Positions 60,276-64,000 of a stretch of DNA of 64,000 nt are shown piece after piece (position 1 is the stretch's first letter; each line of letters begins with the position of its first letter). This stretch comes from Mustelus asterias (lineage: Eukaryota): NCBI RefSeq assembly GCF_964213995.1, contig NW_027590501.1, forward strand, positions 62,001 to 126,000, given 5' to 3'. The position numbers and the translations under genes are program-made. Under the pieces are notes generated by a model. The model ran no database searches and was not told where the DNA came from. It saw nothing but the letters and a program-made list of their open reading frames with translations.

Positions 60276-61419
60276 GGATAATCCATATGGAGGGATTAGA
60301 GAAGCTGGAATTGCACTCTATAGAGCAGGAAAGGTTAAGGAAAGATTTAATAGTGACATTCAAACTTTTGCGAGGTTTTGATAAAATGCATGTCTGTTTC
60401 CATTGGTTTAGAACCAAAAGACATCGGGTGGAATTTCATGAAAAAAATTCGAAGTGCTGAATGAGTGAGAAAAGTTTCAAACTCGTTTCTTGGACAAATT
60501 TAAAAAAGCAATCTTGTGGCACTTAGTCAAAAACAGTCACAATATAATCCTCACTGCAGGAGGAAGGGGAGGAACCTAAACTTGCTGGGGAAGCCAGCTG
60601 CTGATCTGGAGGGGTGTCATTGTGCATGCGCTCCATCCTCCCAGTTTCCATCTTCAGTGGACATCCCCCCCTCCCCACAGAAATCGCCCCACCAATCTCC
60701 TCATCTGTTGCGTTTCCCCCAAATCACCAACCCCTCCCCCCAGTCAGCATCCCTGCAGAGTTCCCCCTCCCCGATCGCCACCCCTGCAGAGTTTCCCCGA
60801 TCACCAGCTCCCTCCCCCATCAGGACTCCTGCAGAGCTCCCCCCCCACTAATCCCCTCCTCAATCACCACCCCTGCAGAATTTCCCAATCACCACTCCCT
60901 CCCCCGAGTCAGCTTCACCGTCCCATGGAGTGACCCGGGGTCCATTGGCGCCTCGAGGGAGGAGGGGGGCCTGGGGACGGTGCTGGGGCCTTCCACCCGG
61001 GGGATTCCGGCCGATGGGATGCAGGACTTTCCGACTCCCCCATTCCTGACACCGGTGCATCTCAAGAGCAGCAGGGTGAACAGCAAGGCAAGGATACATC
61101 CATATCACCAGGAAGACGGCTGGACCCCTCTAGGTCCCAGCTCTCCAGCAGACGCCTGCCAGGGGCATCACAGGCAAATGGGTGCGGAGTGCAGCTGGCT
61201 GCCTCCAGTTCTGATGTGCATCCTGGGGGGACGCGTTGATGTGGCGCTGGACCATGGGAGATGGAGATGTTGTGGGATCGCCAGGAGGACACGGGTGAAA
61301 GTCTATATGAGAAAGGTTTAGGGAATTGGGCTCTGTTGATGATCACATCCACCTGTTTTATAGCACTGTTAACTATCGGCCCTTCGTGTTATTGCATTGT
61401 TAGTTTCACCAATAAATGT

Positions 61420-61592
61420 TCAAAGATGTGCAGGTTAGGTTGATTGGCCATACTAAATTGATCCGAGTGTCAGGGGGATTAGCAGGGTAAATGTGAGTTT
61501 ACGGGAGGAGGGCCTGGGTGGGATTGTGGTCGGAACAGGCTCGATGGGCTGAATGGCCTCCTTCTATACTGGAGGGATTCTATTCTATTCTC
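61420..61592 (+). mobile_element. HE1-like SINE 3' half
   Basis: aaagatgtgcaggttaggttgattggcca...gatgggctgaatggcctccttct. Confidence 0.8.
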
Positions 61593-61597
61593 TATAA

Positions 61598-62585
61598 AAT
61601 TACAGCACAGAAACAAGCTCTTTGGCCCTCCAAGCCTGTAGCAACCATGCTGCCCGTCTGAACTAAAACCCCCTACCTTTCCGGGGACCATATCCCTCTA
61701 TTCCTATGCTATTCATATATTTGTCAAGACACATCTTAAAGTCACTATCGTATCTGCTTCCACTACCTTCCCCGGCAACGAGTTCCAGGCACCCACCACC
61801 CTCTGTGTAAAGAACCTGCCTTGTACATCTCCTTTAAAAAGCTTCTGATTATCCACTCTGTCCATGCCCCTCATAATCTTGTGGACTTCTATCAGGTTGC
61901 CCTCCTCAACCTCCGTTGTTCCAGTGAGAACAAACCAAGTTTCTCCAACTTCTCCTCATAGCTAATGCCCTCCACACCAGGCAACATCCTGATAAATATT
62001 TTCCGTACCCTCTCCAAAGCCTCCACATCCTTCTGGTAGTGTGGTGACCAGAATTGAACACTAGATTCCAAGTGCGGTTTAACTAAGGTTCTATAAAGCT
62101 GCAACATGACTTGCCAATTTTTAAACTCAATGCCCCGGCCGATGAATGCAAGCATGCCGTATGCCTTCTTGACTATCTTCCCCACCTGCATTGCCACTTT
62201 CAATGACCTGTGTACCTGTACACCTGGATCCCTCTGCCTATCAATACTCTTAAGGGTTCTGCTATTTACTGTACATATCCCATCTGTATTAGACCTTCCA
62301 AAATGCATTACCTCACATTTGTCCAGATTAAACTTAATCTGCCATCTCTTCGCCCAAGTCTCCAACTGATCTATGTCCTGCTGTATCCTCTGCCGGTCCC
62401 CATCACTATCTGCAATTCCACTAATCTTTGTGTCGTCCACAAACTTACCAATAAAACCAGTTACATTTTCCTCCAAATCATTTACATATATTACAAACAG
62501 CAAAAGACCCAGCACTGAACCCTGAGGAATGTCACTTGTCACAGCCCTCCATTCAGAAATGTACCTTTGCACTGCCAACCTCTGT
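61598..62585 (-). mobile_element. 5'-truncated CR1
   Basis: ORF 61892-62578 has IPQGSVLG, FVDDTK and HLESSVQFWSP. Confidence 0.9.
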
Positions 62586-62829
62586 TTTCTTCTGACTAAA
62601 TATCTCGAAACTTCCTAACACCCTGTCACTCTGTGATCCTTGTGACATTTGAAACCAGGTATTCACAAAAAGACTCAAAGAGCATCAGCCCACTGGAGGC
62701 TGAGACCAGCCAGTCCAGCACAAAGAAACCCTCCGACCCTTCCCATTGACCAACTGTGAGAATGAACAAAATGCAGTGCTGGAGGCAACTGAGAGCAGAA
62801 ACAATAACAGCAGAATCCAACCCCTGTCA

Positions 62830-63588
62830 TCACTCGTGAACTTGCTGGTGTCTCAGCAGCTCGGATGAAACTCTGAAACGCTTTCCACACTGAGAGCAGG
62901 TGAATGGCCTCTCCCCTGTGTGAACTCGCTGGTGTGTCTGCAGGTCAGATGAGTTCGTAAATCCCTTCCCACACTGAGAGCAGATGAATGGTCTCTCCCC
63001 AGTATGAACTCGCTGGTGTATCTGCAGGTGGGATGACCGAATGAATCCCTTCCCACACTGAGAGCAGGTGAACGGCCTCTCTCCTGTGTGACGTAGCTGG
63101 TGTCTCTGCAGGTCGGCTGACTGAGTGAATTCTTGCCCACACTGAGAGCAGATGAACGGTCTTTCCCCAATGTGAACCCGTTCGTGCGTCCGCAGGTTGG
63201 ATGAGTTCATGAATCCCTTCCCACACTGAGAACAGGTGAATGGTCTCTCCCCAGTGTGAACTCGTTGGTGTCTCTGCAGGCTGAATGACCGAGTGAATCC
63301 CTCTCCACACTGAGAGCAGGTGAACGGCCTCTCCCCAGTGTGAACTCGCTGGTGTGACTGCAGGTTGGATAACCGAGTGAATCCCTCCCCACACTGCGAG
63401 CAGGTGAATGGCCTCTCCCCTGTGTGACGTAGCTGGTGTGATTGCAGGTTGGATACCCGAGTGAATCCCTTCCCACACTGAGAGCAGATGAACGGCCTCT
63501 CCCCAGTGTGGCTGCGCCGATGATCTTCCAGCAGGGATGGGTATCTGTATCCCTTCCCACAGTCCACACATTTCCATGGTTTCTCCAT
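62830..63588 (-). CDS. Z10: tandem C2H2 zinc-finger protein, 9 fingers; close paralog of Z1
   Basis: accATGG MEKPWKC at 63588; intact ORF. Upstream 63645-64000 is nearly identical to 4620-4975. Confidence 0.9.
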   Translation of the reverse strand: MEKPWKCVDCGKGYRYPSLLEDHRRSHTGERPFICSQCGKGFTRVSNLQSHQLRHTGERPFTCSQCGEGFTRLSNLQSHQRVHTGERPFTCSQCGEGFTRSFSLQRHQRVHTGERPFTCSQCGKGFMNSSNLRTHERVHIGERPFICSQCGQEFTQSADLQRHQLRHTGERPFTCSQCGKGFIRSSHLQIHQRVHTGERPFICSQCGKGFTNSSDLQTHQRVHTGERPFTCSQCGKRFRVSSELLRHQQVHE

Positions 63589-64000
63589 GGTGCAGGTGTC
63601 CTTACCTCTCTCTTGAGTGAACAATTCATTGAAACTTCGTCCACACACAGAACAAGATTACAGTCTCTACCCGCTGTGAATGGTGTGATATTTATTCAGA
63701 CTGTGTAACTGGTTAAAGCTCTTTAGTCAGTGCATTGGAACACACTCACTCAAGTGTGGCAGTGTGTTGATGCTTTTTCACTCACACTGACATTTCAAAT
63801 CTTTTCAAATCGACAGACTGGACAATCATTTCTCCTTCTGGATTCAAAGTTCGATGGTATTGAGGTCCCAAGGAATATGACTCTGTCAGATCTAGACGTG
63901 AAGTTTGAGATTTCAGCCTGTGATTCCTCTTTCAATATCCTGTAAAATGAGTTTACAAAAGTCATCAGTGTCAGTACAGGATAGAAATTCAGAACAGACA

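Noticed and set aside
60420-61400. GC- and C-rich block with a 235-aa ORF and short ccctgcagag repeats
   Set aside because: Low-complexity Pro/Ser translation. Possibly a non-autonomous DNA transposon remnant, but no terminal inverted repeats were confirmed.

Overview
Eukaryotic, TE-rich genomic DNA. The HE1/V-SINE-like SINEs, CR1 (HER1-like) LINEs, Deu-domain SINE and Penelope-like elements point to a cartilaginous fish, probably a shark (inference). The window holds a tandem cluster of ten C2H2 zinc-finger loci, called Z1-Z10 here. Six have intact ORFs (Z1, Z2, Z5, Z6, Z7, Z10). Three are truncated or frameshifted but keep 7-10 N-terminal fingers (Z3, Z4, Z8). One is a pseudogene (Z9). No KRAB, SCAN, BTB or other effector domain is visible. 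In most loci the ORF starts at an ATG that appears to derive from a TGEKP linker (TMEKP, Kozak accATGG), downstream of a shared leader of broken fossil fingers. The genes share shuffled CpG-island promoter modules (CCAAT, NRF1-like, YY1-like, CRE, and a TGGAGGACC...GGTCCTCCA palindrome) and a common 3' module. Arrays are repeatedly clipped by CGA>TGA changes at the same codon. Intergenic DNA is nested CR1, L2, Rex/Babar, SINE and Penelope debris (with minimal hammerhead ribozyme motifs), one probable Copia-type LTR/PBS/gag remnant, local duplications, inversions and promoter minisatellites. Family names come from recall of consensus features, not database searches. TE boundaries are approximate.
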